A stretch of 64,000 nucleotides of DNA from an uncultured Planctomycetota bacterium (GCA_963737655.1 CAVTTN010000002.1:4352001-4416000), one strand, 5' to 3'. Shown: positions 39,707 through 51,279, counted from the stretch's first letter. Translations and numbers: made by a program. The notes: generated by a model not told the origin, from the letters alone.

Positions 39707-40226
39707 TCAGGGCAGGTCGATGGCCAGGGCCTCGTTGACCCGGTTCGTGTAGTTGGCCAGGGCGACCGTGGCCGTGAGGCTCGGCGAGCTCCGCGTCGGA
39801 AAGCCGCTCCTTCAGCGCCGCGATCACCGAATCCTCGGCCCGGACGTTCTTCGAGACCTGCTCGGCGAACGTCATGACGAGCGACTGGAGGTCGTCGAAC
39901 GCCGACGCCGGGCCTCCCGAGATGACCTCCCCGACCTGCTCGTCGGTCAGCCCGACCTTCTTCGCCGACTTCGTGTGATAATGCAGGCAATAGGCACAGT
40001 CGTTGACGGCCGACGCCTTGAGGTACGCGAGCTCGCGGAGCTTCGGGTCGAGCGTCATCTTGCCCTGGGCGGAGTTCATCGCCATGAACGCCTGCAAGAC
40101 CGCAGGGCTGTGCGCCAGGACCTTGAAGAAGTTGAGCATGGCGCCGGTCTGGCGCTCGACGTTGTCGTAGATCGGCCGGAGCGCCTCGGGCGCGGCGTCC
40201 TTCTCGACGTAGGAAACGTGGCCCAT
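39707..40226 (-). CDS. Carboxymuconolactone decarboxylase / AhpD-like peroxidase-related protein; frameshift near 39779
   Basis: NFFKVLAHSP, RELAYL..S.VNDCAYCL.YH; the tail TVALANYTNRVN.AL.ID is in a shifted frame with a stop at 39707. Confidence 0.88.
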
Positions 40227-40310
40227 GATGCGAACCTCCTGGCTCGTGGCCGGATCGATCTCACGCCGCGCCGCCATCCTAGCCCGACCGGGGGCGATCC
40301 TCAAGCGGGG

Positions 40311-40518
40311 GAAGAAGACCAACCGCCAGGACGCCAAGGCCGTCAAGTAAGGAAGGACGAGGAGACGAATAACAAAAAATAATTCAATTTTGAATCGAAA
40401 AATATTGCTTAAATTAACAATATTGATCTTCTCCGATCTTCTCATTCCCTCTCGTCTTCTCGTCCCCTCTCATCTTCTGCTCTTGGCGGCCTTGGCGTCT
40501 TGGCGGTTGGTCTTCTTC
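40311..40518. repeat. MITE/REP-like element with 37-bp terminal inverted repeats and an AT-rich core
   Basis: gaagaagaccaaccgccaggacgccaaggccgtcaag (40311-40347) versus cttggcggccttggcgtcttggcggttggtcttcttc (40482-40518), 2 mismatches. Confidence 0.8.
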
Positions 40519-40521
40519 GCT

Positions 40522-41307
40522 TCAGAAGCGATCCAGCCGGGCCTTGATGGCCGAGAACTGCGCCGCCTGGTCGCCGTCGGGCTCGGGCCAGATGGTGAGG
40601 AAGCCTCGATAGTCGATCTCCTCGAGGGCGCCGAGGTATTCGGCCCAGTCCAGGGCGCTGCCCCGGGGGCCGAAGCCTCGCGAGCCTCCGACGATCCTCG
40701 AGGCGCCGGCGGCGTCGGTGGCGTAGGCGTGGGCGACCCACCCGGCGAGGTCCCGGGTCGAGGCCACGGGGTCGTGGCCCATCTTCAGCAACGATCCCGG
40801 GTCGAGGCTGGCCGCCAGCCCGGGATGGGCCAGGCCGTTCAAAACCGCCGCCAGGGCCGATCCGGGCTCGGCCCCCGTCTCGATCGCCAGGCGGACCCCG
40901 CGATGGTCGGCCCGTTTCCCCAGCTCCGTCAGCGCGTGGAGGAAGATCGGCCGCTTCGGGCCGTCTTCCGGGGGGACGGCGCCGACCCTGGCCAGGACGA
41001 GCTTCGCCCCCAGGTCGAACGCCAGGGCCATGGCGCGCTCGGACCTCGCCAGCCGGGTCTCCAGGTCGTCCTCGGTGTCGAACCCTCGGCGGGTGGGCAG
41101 GTGGAGGCCGATCATCGCGAGCTCGGTCGATCGCAGGGTGTGGCGGAGGTCCCGGCGGCCGGTCTCGGAGAGGCGGTCGGGGGAAAGCTCGCCCGAGGCG
41201 TCGAGGATCACGCCCTTGGCCCCGAGCCGGGCCGCCTCACGAAGGAGGTCTTTCGGGGAGCGGTCGGGGTCGCTCTGGATGCGGAGACCGATCGGAGAGC
41301 GGATCAC
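40522..41307 (-). CDS. Sugar phosphate isomerase/epimerase (xylose isomerase-like TIM barrel)
   Basis: GVRLAIETG, SLDPG, HAYATDA, LDW..YLGALEEIDYRGFLTI; GTG start. Confidence 0.82.
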   Translation of the reverse strand: MIRSPIGLRIQSDPDRSPKDLLREAARLGAKGVILDASGELSPDRLSETGRRDLRHTLRSTELAMIGLHLPTRRGFDTEDDLETRLARSERAMALAFDLGAKLVLARVGAVPPEDGPKRPIFLHALTELGKRADHRGVRLAIETGAEPGSALAAVLNGLAHPGLAASLDPGSLLKMGHDPVASTRDLAGWVAHAYATDAAGASRIVGGSRGFGPRGSALDWAEYLGALEEIDYRGFLTIWPEPDGDQAAQFSAIKARLDRF

Positions 41308-41406
41308 GGCGGGGGCTCCGATTGACGAGACGGTTCGCCGGGGCTGAAATGGTCGGGTGTTGTCCTCATTGAAACGCGGGCGCGGGGTCGGCGACCAGGG
41401 GGATTC

Positions 41407-42878
<1,472 letters not shown>

Positions 42879-42882
<4 letters not shown>

Positions 42883-43706
42883 TCTGGGTCCGGGGGGAGA
42901 TCGTCCCGGACGACGCGCTGAAGGTCAGCGTCCTCGATCGCACCTTCGAGCACGGCCTCGGCCTGTTCGAGACCCTGAGGACGTGGAACGGCCGGCCGAC
43001 GTTGCTCGATCGCCACCGGGAGAGGCTGCGGAAGTCGGCCTCCGAGCTGCACGTCCCCCTCGACGAGTCCGCCCTGCCGGACGATCGGGCCGTCCTGGCC
43101 CTGATCGAGGCCGAGGGATTCTCCGGAGACGCCATGCTGCGGATCACCCTGGCCGGAGGCCGGAACGAGTCGGAAGCGGCGAGCCTCTGGATGAGGCGAA
43201 TGCCGCTCCCCCCGCCGATGCCCCCGGGAGGGGCTCGCCTCCGATGGTCGCCGCTCGGATTGTCGAGGTCCGACCCGATGGCCCGCCATAAAGGCCTGAA
43301 TTACTGGTCCAGACGGCTCGCGTTCGAGGAGGCCCGCCGGTTCCTCTGCGACGAGGCGCTCCGCCGGACCGACGACGGGCTCGTCTGGGAGGGCTGCCGG
43401 ACGAACCTGTTCGTCGTCCTCGGCGGCTCCCTGGTCACGCCCGGACTGACCGGGCCGATCGTCCCGGGGATCATGCGAGGATTGGTCCTCGAACGGGCCG
43501 AGGCCCTGGACATGCCGGCCCGCGAGGACGACCTGACGGCCGAAGCCGTGAGATCGGCGTCCGAGATCTTCCTGACCAACGCCGTCCGGGGGATCATCCC
43601 GGTCGGCTCGCTCGACGAGTCGCCCAGGGCCGCGCCCGGGCCCGTTACCCGCCGCCTCCGCGACGATCTCTGGCGATGGTTGACCCGCGAGGAGCCCCTC
43701 GAATGA
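42879..43706 (+). CDS. pabC: Class IV aminotransferase / 4-amino-4-deoxychorismate lyase
   Basis: GLFETLR, HKGLNY (PLP Lys), EG..TNLF, GIMR and TNAVRG; ATGA-coupled to pabB. Confidence 0.78.
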
Positions 43707-44802
43707 GGACCGTTTCCGAGATCTCGGCCTGGATGGAACGGTTCGCCCCGAAGAGGCTGGCGGAGTCGTGGGACAACGTCGGATTGCTCCTGGGCGACCC
43801 GTCGGCGAGGGTCGAACGGGTGATGACGTGCCTGACCGTGACCCCCGAATCGGCCTCCGAGGCGATCGACGAATCGGCCGGCCTGATCGTCAGTCATCAC
43901 CCGATCCTGTTCCGCCCCACCCAGCAAATCCGGGCCGATCGGTCGGATTCGGCCCCGGTCTGGAACCTGGCGAGGGCGGGCGTGGCGGTCTACAGCCCCC
44001 ACACGGCCTTCGACAACACCGAGGGCGGCATCAACGACGGACTTGCCCGGAGGCTGAGGCTCGACGCGGTCAAATCGCTCCGGCCGCCGCCGCCGAGCCC
44101 GCGATTCAAGGTCGTGGTCTTCACCCCGCAATCGGACCGCGAGGCGGTCCTGAACGCGGCGTTCTCGGCCGGCGCGGGGCGGATCGGCGACTATCAGGAA
44201 TGCTCGTTTTCGACCGGCGGCCACGGCACCTTCTTCGGCACGGAGGGGACCGAGCCGACGGTCGGCGAAGCGGGGCGGCGGGAGCGGGTCCGCGAGTGGA
44301 AGGTCGAGTTCGTCTGCCCCGGCGACCGCCTGGCGCGGTCCTGGCCAATGTCCGCAAGCATCATTCCTATGAGGAGCCGGCGATCGACGTCCTCCCGCTC
44401 CACGAGGGGTCGTCGGGGCCCGGAGTCGGGCGGATCGGCCGGTTGCCCGGGGCGAAGACCCTGGGGGAGCTCGCCTCGGACGTCCGCCTCGCCTTGCGGT
44501 GCCCTTCCCCGCCCCAGGTCGTGGGCGACCCGTCGCGGAGGGTCGAGCGCGTGGCGATCGCCTGCGGGGCGGGCGACGACTTCGTGAAGGACGCCGACCG
44601 CCTCGGCGCCGACGTCCTGCTGACCGGCGAGGCCCGATTCCACAAGGCGCTGGAGGCGCAATCGCGAGGGATCGGCCTGATCCTCGCGGGCCACTTCGCC
44701 ACCGAGAGGCCGGGCGTCGAAGACCTCGCGCAAACCCTCTCGGCCGCGTTCCCCGACCTCACCCTCTGGGCCAGCCGTCGCGAGAAGGACCCCATCCTGT
44801 AG
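43703..44802 (+). CDS. Nif3/DUF34 dinuclear metal protein with inserted PII-like domain; frameshift near 44333
   Basis: WDNVGLL, HHP, HTAFD, GAG.IG.Y..CSF, HSYEEPA and GHFATE. Confidence 0.92.
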
Positions 44803-45016
44803 GGTGCATGCAATGCACCAACTCGCGGCGGCCGAAGGCCGCCTACCATTTCCCGCCTACCATTTCCCGCCTACCATTTCCCGCCCACCATTTCCCGTCT
44901 ACCTTTTCCCGCCCACCATTTCCCGCCCACCATTTCCCGATTTCCGCAGACCTCGCGGGAAGATCCCCCGAGCGGCCGATGGCCGCCGCGTGCCGGGTGC
45001 ATTTCACGCACCCGAC
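44799..45016. repeat. GTAG-type REP doublet, family B copy 2, with expanded spacer
   Basis: gtagggtgcatgcaatgcacc ... ggtgcatttcacgcacccgac, plus an inner imperfect inverted repeat cgcggcggccgaaggccgc / gcggccgatggccgccgcg. Confidence 0.85.
44841..44938 (+). repeat. Tandem array of 7 x 14-bp units (gccYaccatttccc)
   Basis: Seven contiguous copies read directly; copy 5 has two substitutions. Confidence 0.95.
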
Positions 45017-45074
45017 GAAAAAACCCCCGGGAGGACCGGGGGTTGCGGAGGGACGATCGCGGTTCGAGCCGGTC

Positions 45075-45374
45075 TCAGGACGCGGAGGCCGGCTCGGCGG
45101 CTTCGCCCGCGCCCTTGCCGGTCCGGGTGGTGGGGACGGGGAGGTAGGACTGGTGCTCCCACTGGCCCGCCCAGGCCAGCCCGGCCCAGCGTTGCAGCGA
45201 GATGTTGCGGACGGTCGGGCGGTCCTCGTCGCGGATCACCTCGCCCCAGGCGCCGGCGTAGGCGGCGCGGACCTGGGCCGAGCTGCCCCCGACGCAGAGG
45301 AGCCGTTCGCCGCCCGGTGCCAGGCAGGCAACGGCCCGCCAGTCCTGGGCGGCCGTGGATTCGGTCATGCTCAT
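45075..45374 (-). CDS. Small hypothetical protein
   Basis: 99-aa ORF with globular composition (WRAV..L..GERLL.VG.S..QVR; ISLQRW.G...G.W). Confidence 0.65.
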   Translation of the reverse strand: MSMTESTAAQDWRAVACLAPGGERLLCVGGSSAQVRAAYAGAWGEVIRDEDRPTVRNISLQRWAGLAWAGQWEHQSYLPVPTTRTGKGAGEAAEPASAS

Positions 45375-45515
45375 CGTTCAAATGTCCCCGCCAGCCGGGT
45401 TGCCTCGGCCCGGCCAGGTCGGCCGAACCAAGAGACCTCCCGACGGGTCTTGCCAAACAAGGAAGGCATCATCAATCGGGTGCGGAAGGCCCGGGGAGAT
45501 GCGGCCCCGGACCTC

Positions 45516-45546
45516 GGAAGGAGCCGGAAGGGGCCCGGCTCCTTCC
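45516..45546 (-). terminator. Hairpin immediately downstream of the putative ncRNA
   Basis: ggaaggagccgg / ccggctccttcc 12-bp perfect stem; no clear U-tract. Confidence 0.55.
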
Positions 45547-45551
45547 ATCTT

Positions 45552-45733
45552 ATGCCGCCGAGGGGCCCTGGACAACCAAAGAGGAGGCGCCTGACCTCGC
45601 CTCCGCCCCGGGCAGGGGCCAGGACTCCAGCCTTCGGCCGGGCCTGGCGGGGAGAGGGACCGGGACGTTCAACCCGGCTCGTGGCCGACGCTCTTCATAG
45701 GATGGGAGGACCAGTGAGGCCCCCTGGCGACGC
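45552..45733 (-). ncRNA. ssrS: ~180-nt rod-shaped structured RNA, probable 6S RNA
   Basis: The 5' end gtcgccagggggcc..ctgg pairs with the 3' end ccagggcccctcggcggc. Inner stems flank a bubble, and G-U pairs favour the minus strand. Promoter directly upstream, hairpin directly downstream. 6S identity is inferred. Confidence 0.55.
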
Positions 45734-45739
45734 CTGGCC

Positions 45740-45768
45740 ATTCTAGCCGCCGCCCCGCCCTGGACGAA
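45740..45768 (-). promoter_or_regulatory. Sigma70-type promoter of the ncRNA
   Basis: TTCGTC-17 bp-TAGAAT on the minus strand with A/T tracts upstream (45771-45792). Confidence 0.55.
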
Positions 45769-45799
45769 GCAAAAAATTCTTCGAGATTTTTTGGAACAC

Positions 45800-46794
45800 T
45801 CAACCAGGGCTTCCTAGCCTCAACAACACCTTCCCCTTGCGACCGACCACCTCGGCCGCCCGGCTCGCCTCCACGACCCGATCCATCGGGAAACTCGGCC
45901 CCACCTCCGTCGCCAGGACGCCCGATCGAACCTGCCGGCCGATCTCCCGGAACATCGCCAGGGACGCCGGGATGCTCCGGCTCCTCATCCAGTGCCCGAG
46001 CCAGAACCCCTCCACGACCCTCTTGCCCGAGATCATCCGCCTCGGGTCGATCCGCAGGGGCTCCCCGGACAGCGTGCCATACACCACCAATCGGCCATCT
46101 TCGGCCAGGGCGTTGAAGGCGCCCGTCCCGGTGTCGCCGCCCACCGGGTCGATCGCGAATGGCACGCCTTGCGGGACGATCGCCCGGACCTGCTCCTCGA
46201 TCGGCCCCTCGGACGACGCGATCACCCGATCTCCCCCCAGGACTTCGAGTTCCGCCTTCGCCTCCGACCGGCGGACGACGTTGATCGTCTTGATCCCATC
46301 AAGCTTCGCCAGCCGGATCAGCATCTTCCCCAGCTCCGACCCGGCCGCGGTCTGGAGGAGCCAGGCCCCCTTCGGAACCCGCAAGACATGGCGGATCAAG
46401 GCCAGCGCCGTGGCCGGGTTGACGAAATAGGACGCCACCTGCTCGTCGGGGATGTCCGGCGGCACGGGCCGGGCCTGGCGGGCCGGGATCACGGCATACT
46501 CGGCCCAGTTCCCCCCGGCCGAGTTGATCACGGTGACCCGCTTCCCCTTCGCCAACCAACCGAGGAGCCGGGGCCCGCCTTGTCCACGACCCCCACGCCC
46601 TCGAACCCCGGCGTGCTCGGCAGCCTGGGCAAGACGCCATAGCGGCCCTTCACCACCAGCAAATCCGACGGGTTCACCGGGCTGGCGATCATCCGGACCC
46701 GCACTTCCCCGGGGCCGGGCTCGGGCGTCGGAACCTCGCGGACGGTCAGGACTTCGGACGGATCGCCGAAGCGATCGAAGACGACGGCTTTCAT
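45800..46794 (-). CDS. MDR family NADPH:quinone/enoyl reductase; frameshift near 46568
   Basis: MKAVVF, SPVNPSD, PGFEGVG, then [13 protein letters not shown] and GKVLL. Confidence 0.9.
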
Positions 46795-46916
46795 CGGGTC
46801 GAGGGGGTTCCGGGATCGGGTTCGGCGGGGATCGATGGCGATCCCCGGTCCGGTCCAGGAGTTTGACAGGATCGGCCGCCCCCGCCAAGCCTCCCGGCTC
46901 CGCGATTCCCCCCGAA

Positions 46917-47300
46917 TCAGGCGCCGGCGAACCCGACCTTCTGCTGCGCCTCCTTCACGATCGCCGCATGGGCGTCGGCTCCGAACTTCTGGCCGATCTC
47001 CTTCTCCATTCGGCGGTTATAGCCTTCGACGTGCAGCCGCAGCCTCTCATCCACCACGCAGCCGGCGACCCCCTGGAGGCTCACGCCCAGCCGGTCCCTC
47101 ATCAGGGTCGAATACTCGGTGAACCAGGGAGCGGGCAGGCCATAAGTCTTGAGCCGGAGGACGCCCGCCGCCACGTCGCGCTCCGCCTCGGCCTCCCCCT
47201 GGCGTTCCGGGTCCGGGCCGGGCCGCAATGCCAGCCCGAGGCTGGAGACTGCGATCAGCCCCACTCCGCCGAACAGCATCCGCCGCCTCGTCGCATTCAT
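46917..47300 (-). CDS. Small exported hypothetical protein
   Basis: RRR plus a hydrophobic N-terminus, YGLP, AGCVV..GYN; GGAGG RBS. Confidence 0.65.
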   Translation of the reverse strand: MNATRRRMLFGGVGLIAVSSLGLALRPGPDPERQGEAEAERDVAAGVLRLKTYGLPAPWFTEYSTLMRDRLGVSLQGVAGCVVDERLRLHVEGYNRRMEKEIGQKFGADAHAAIVKEAQQKVGFAGA

Positions 47301-47463
47301 GGAGATCATCCTCCCGGGCCGTTCGATCCGCCTTTCGTCTCTCCATTCGACCGGGAAACTCCTCCCGGTTCAATCCCCCGCCGCCGTCTTGGGTTCTCGG
47401 CCTCGGCGGGCTATCGTGAGGGCCGCTCGCTGCCCCAAAACGTGACGAGATCGAGGCCCGTCC

Positions 47464-48365
47464 ATGCCCTTCGACCCCCTGGTGACCACCGACTGGCTCG
47501 CCGACCACCTGCATGATCCCAACGTCCGCGTGATCGACTGCCGGGGTTCGGTGACGACCCGGCCCGTCGCGCCGGGCGTGGAGGACGCCTTCTATCGCGG
47601 GGCGATCGACGAATATCTCGCAGCCCACGTCCCGGGCGCGGTTTACGTGGATTGGACGAAGGACATCATCGATCCCAACGACCCCGTTCCCGTCCAGGTG
47701 GCCCCTCCGGACCCCTTCGCCGAGGCGATGGCCTCGCGAGGGGTCGGCGACTCGACCCACGTCGTCGCCGTGGACCACATGGGCGGCCAGTTCGCCACCC
47801 GGTTGTGGTGGGCCCTGACTTATTATGGCCATGACGCCGTCTCGGTGCTGGAAGGCGGCTGGAATCGGTGGGTCGAGGAGGAGAGGGCCGTCGAAGCCGG
47901 GCCGGTGAGCGTCGATCGCCGCGAGTTCACCCCGAAGGTCCGCCCGGGATGGCGGACGACGTCCGAAACCCTCGCGGCTCGGCTGGGCGAACCGGGCTTG
48001 CAGGTGCTCGACGCCCGCGATTCCGGCCAGTTTTCCGGGGCGAAGCGGCGGGGGCCCCGAGGCGGGCACATCCCGGGGGCGATCCACGTCCCGAGGGAGC
48101 GGTTCTTCGCGGAGGGGGGCGGGTTCGTCTCGCTGGACGAGGCCCGGTCCACCTTCCGGGAGGCCGGCCTGGCCCTGGACCGGCCGATTGTCGCTTATTG
48201 CAATGGCGGGGTGGCCGCGACCGTCCCGCTGTTCTTCCTCAGCCGGCTGGGCGCGGCCTCGTTGAGCAATTACGACGGCTCCTGGAACGAGTGGGGCGCC
48301 GGGCCGACCTGCCGGTCGAGCCCGCGCCCTCGCCCGCCGACCCGGCGAATCCTCCGAAACCGTGA
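47464..48365 (+). CDS. Tandem-domain sulfurtransferase (rhodanese, SseA-like); frameshift near 48300
   Basis: LVTTDWL, HVPGA, RLWW.L..YGH, LDAR, GHIPGA, YCNGG (active Cys) and YDGSWNEW. Confidence 0.92.
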
Positions 48366-48496
48366 GCCTCGGTCCTTGCGGACGGGGCGGCCGATCGCCA
48401 TAGTGCAACATCTCGGGCCGGGCCTTCCGCCTCTCCGTCGCTTCGCCCGACCGATCCGCCGACCCCTTCCCTCGGCCTCCAGGGGAGCCCTTGCCG

Positions 48497-49126
48497 ATGA
48501 CCGAACCCGACACCAAGCACCGGGCCGGGCCCAGCCGCCGCGACTTCCTCCGAGGCTCGGGCCTCGCCGCCGCGACGGCCGTCCTGACCGCCGAGGCCCT
48601 CGCCCCCGTGGCCGAGGCCCGGGCCGCCGACGAGGGGGCCAAGGTCCTCTCGGGCGACGTGCCCGTGACCCTCAGCGTCAACGGCCACGACATGAGCTGC
48701 ACCGTCGAGCCGCGCAGCACGTTGCTCGACACCCTCCGCAATCGCCTGGACGTCACCGGACCCAAGAGGGTCTGCGACCGGGCCAGTTGCGGCGCCTGCA
48801 CCGTGATCCTCGACGGCGACCCGGTCTATTCCTGCACCACGCTGGCCGTCGCCTGCCCGGGTCACAAGATCGAGACCCTGGAGAGCTTCGACACCGGGGC
48901 CAGCGGCGTCCCCCACGCCTTCCATCAAAAAGACGCCCTGATGTGCGGCTACTGCACCCCGGGGTTCGTCACCGCGTGCAAGGCGATGCTCGACAAGAAC
49001 CCCGACCCCTCCCCGGAGGAGGTCCGCAAGGGTCTCGACGGCAACATCTGCCGGTGCGGCACCTACGTCGGCGTGATCGAGGCCGCGCTCGCCGCGGCCA
49101 AGGCCCTCAAGACGAAGGGAGCCTGA
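48497..49126 (+). CDS. Xanthine dehydrogenase family [2Fe-2S] subunit with Tat signal (PaoA-like)
   Basis: SRRDFLRG, CDRASCGACTV..SC, CGYCTPG and NICRCG. Confidence 0.93.
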   Translation: MTEPDTKHRAGPSRRDFLRGSGLAAATAVLTAEALAPVAEARAADEGAKVLSGDVPVTLSVNGHDMSCTVEPRSTLLDTLRNRLDVTGPKRVCDRASCGACTVILDGDPVYSCTTLAVACPGHKIETLESFDTGASGVPHAFHQKDALMCGYCTPGFVTACKAMLDKNPDPSPEEVRKGLDGNICRCGTYVGVIEAALAAAKALKTKGA

Positions 49127-49129
49127 ACC

Positions 49130-51274
49130 ATGGCCTCCTGGCCCGAAACCCCCCGCCTGATCGGCAAGAGCACCCTTCGCCTCGACGGACTGGCCAAGGC
49201 CAGCGGCCGGGCGAAGTACCCGAGCGACGTCCGGCCCGACGGCACCCTGTTCGGCGTGATGCTCTACAGCCCCTATGCGCACGCCAAGGTCAAGAGCATC
49301 GACACCGCCCCGGCCGAGAAGATGCCGGGCGTGAAGGCCGTCCACGTGATCGCCGACGCCGGCGCCACGCTCCGCTACCAGGGCGCGGATATTGCCGCCG
49401 TGGCCGCCGAGACCGAGGAGCAGGCCCGCGACGCCGCCCGCGCCATCAAGGTCGAGTATGAGATCCTCCCTCACGTCGTCCTCGAAGAGGACGCGATGAA
49501 GGACGACGCCCCCAAGGTCCAGGGCCGCTCCAACGTCCAGAAGGGCCGGGCCCAGGTCACCAAGGACCCCGAAGCCGCGATGAAGGCCGCCGAGGCCGAG
49601 GGCGCCGTGATCGAGGGCACCTATTCCGCCCCGGTCATCACCCACGTCTGCCTCGAGACCCACGGCCTGACCTCGAAGTGGAGCGAGGACGCGATCACCG
49701 CCTGGGCCAGCACCCAGTCGGTCATGGCCACCGCCGACGAGCTCGCCCAGCGGTTCAAGATCGCCAACCCGAACGTGACCGTCCTGACCGAGGTCATGGG
49801 CGGCGGGTTCGGCTCGAAGTTCGGCGCCGACGTCTGGGGCGTCACGGCCACGGAGCTGTCGAAGAAGGCCGGCGGCAAGCCCGTCCGCATGTTCCTCGAC
49901 CGCGTCCAGGAGCACCTCGCCGCCGGCAACCGGCCGAGCGTCACGGCCACGATCAAGCTCGGCGCCTCCAAGGACGGCAAGCTCTCCGCCCTGATCGCCG
50001 ACAGCCACGGCACCGGCGGCAACACCGGAGGCGCCGACGTCCTCCTGCCTTATGTCTACGCCGTGCCGAACGTCTCGCGGACGCATTCCAACGTCTTCGT
50101 GAACGCCGGCAACGCCCGGGCGATGCGGGCGCCCCGGCACCCGCAGTCCTGCATCGTCATGGAATCGGCGATGGACGACCTCGCCGAGAAGCTCGGCATG
50201 GACCCCCTGGAGTTCCGCGTCAAGAACCTCCCGGCCGGCGACTTCAAGACGCCGTACTACAACGATCAGGTGGCGATCGGCGCCAAGCTGATCGGCTGGA
50301 AGGACCGCAAGCCCCGGAAGGACAACGGCAAGGGGCCGATCTCCCGAGGCTTCGGCATGGCCCTCCACACCTGGGGGGGCGGCGGCCAGCCGGATAAGAA
50401 GGTCGGCTGCACGATCAGCCCGGATGGCTCCGTCGAGGTCCGCTCGGCCACCCAGGACATCGGCACCGGCGCCCGGACCGTCCTGGCGATCATCGCCGCC
50501 GAGGTCCTCGGCCTTGAGGTCAAGGACATCACCTCCAACATCGGCAACTCCACCTTCCCGCCCGGCCAGGGCTCGGGCGGCTCGACCACCACGCCGTCGA
50601 TGAGCGCCCCGTGCTACGACGCCGTGACCAAGGCCCGCGACGCCTTCCTCGAGAAGCTCGCCAAGGGCCTCAACGAGAAGAAGGACGACCTCTCGCTCGA
50701 AGGCGGCAAGCTCCTGGTCAAGGGCCAGCCGGCCATGTCCTGGAAGGACGCCTGCCGGAAGCTCGGGACGATGCCCATCTCGGCCGAAGGGGTGTTCGCC
50801 GACGGCCTGACCTCCAGCGGGGTGGCCGGCTGCCAGTTCGCCGACGTCTCGGTGGACGTCGAGACCGGCGTCGTGAAGCTCAACAAGATCGTGGCCGTCC
50901 AGGATTCCGGCCTGATCATCAACAAGCTCGCCTGGACCAGCCAGGTCTACGGCGGGGTGATCGGCGGGCTGAACTACGGCCTGTTCGAGGAACGGGTGAT
51001 GGACCCGGCCACGGGCATCATGCTCAACCCCGACATGGAGCTCTACAAGCTCGCCGGGGCCAGCGACATCCCCGAGATCATCGTCGAGGCCTACGAGCCG
51101 CCCGCCGTGAAGGCCCGGGGGGTGATCGGCATCGGCGAGCCGCCGACGATCAGCACCGCCGCGGCCATCGGCAACGCCGTGAGCAACGCCATCGGCGCCC
51201 GAGTGACCCGCTGGCCCATGTCCCCCAAGAACGTCCTGGACGCCCTGGCCTCGGCCAAGAAGAGGGAGTCGTAA
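49130..51274 (+). CDS. Xanthine dehydrogenase family molybdopterin-binding subunit (PaoC-like)
   Basis: SPYAHA, GGGFGSK, MRAP, DIGTG, GGSTT and GIGEPP (catalytic Glu). Confidence 0.93.
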   Translation: MASWPETPRLIGKSTLRLDGLAKASGRAKYPSDVRPDGTLFGVMLYSPYAHAKVKSIDTAPAEKMPGVKAVHVIADAGATLRYQGADIAAVAAETEEQARDAARAIKVEYEILPHVVLEEDAMKDDAPKVQGRSNVQKGRAQVTKDPEAAMKAAEAEGAVIEGTYSAPVITHVCLETHGLTSKWSEDAITAWASTQSVMATADELAQRFKIANPNVTVLTEVMGGGFGSKFGADVWGVTATELSKKAGGKPVRMFLDRVQEHLAAGNRPSVTATIKLGASKDGKLSALIADSHGTGGNTGGADVLLPYVYAVPNVSRTHSNVFVNAGNARAMRAPRHPQSCIVMESAMDDLAEKLGMDPLEFRVKNLPAGDFKTPYYNDQVAIGAKLIGWKDRKPRKDNGKGPISRGFGMALHTWGGGGQPDKKVGCTISPDGSVEVRSATQDIGTGARTVLAIIAAEVLGLEVKDITSNIGNSTFPPGQGSGGSTTTPSMSAPCYDAVTKARDAFLEKLAKGLNEKKDDLSLEGGKLLVKGQPAMSWKDACRKLGTMPISAEGVFADGLTSSGVAGCQFADVSVDVETGVVKLNKIVAVQDSGLIINKLAWTSQVYGGVIGGLNYGLFEERVMDPATGIMLNPDMELYKLAGASDIPEIIVEAYEPPAVKARGVIGIGEPPTISTAAAIGNAVSNAIGARVTRWPMSPKNVLDALASAKKRES

Positions 51275-51279
51275 CCCCC

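Noticed and set aside
40390..40445. ORF starts in the AT-rich patch (40390 plus strand, 40445 minus strand)
   Set aside because: They lie inside the inverted-repeat element; the real AhpD-like start is at 40226.
44841..44938. Possible CRISPR array
   Set aside because: The units are 14 bp and contiguous with no unique spacers, and no cas genes are in the window.
45370..45400. tRNA-like gttcaaat...cca sequence
   Set aside because: No cloverleaf, D-arm or anticodon arm could be built; it abuts the start of a minus-strand ORF.
47464..49461. Apparent 665-aa rhodanese fusion
   Set aside because: An artefact of the indel near 48300; the extension runs out of frame over the [2Fe-2S] gene.
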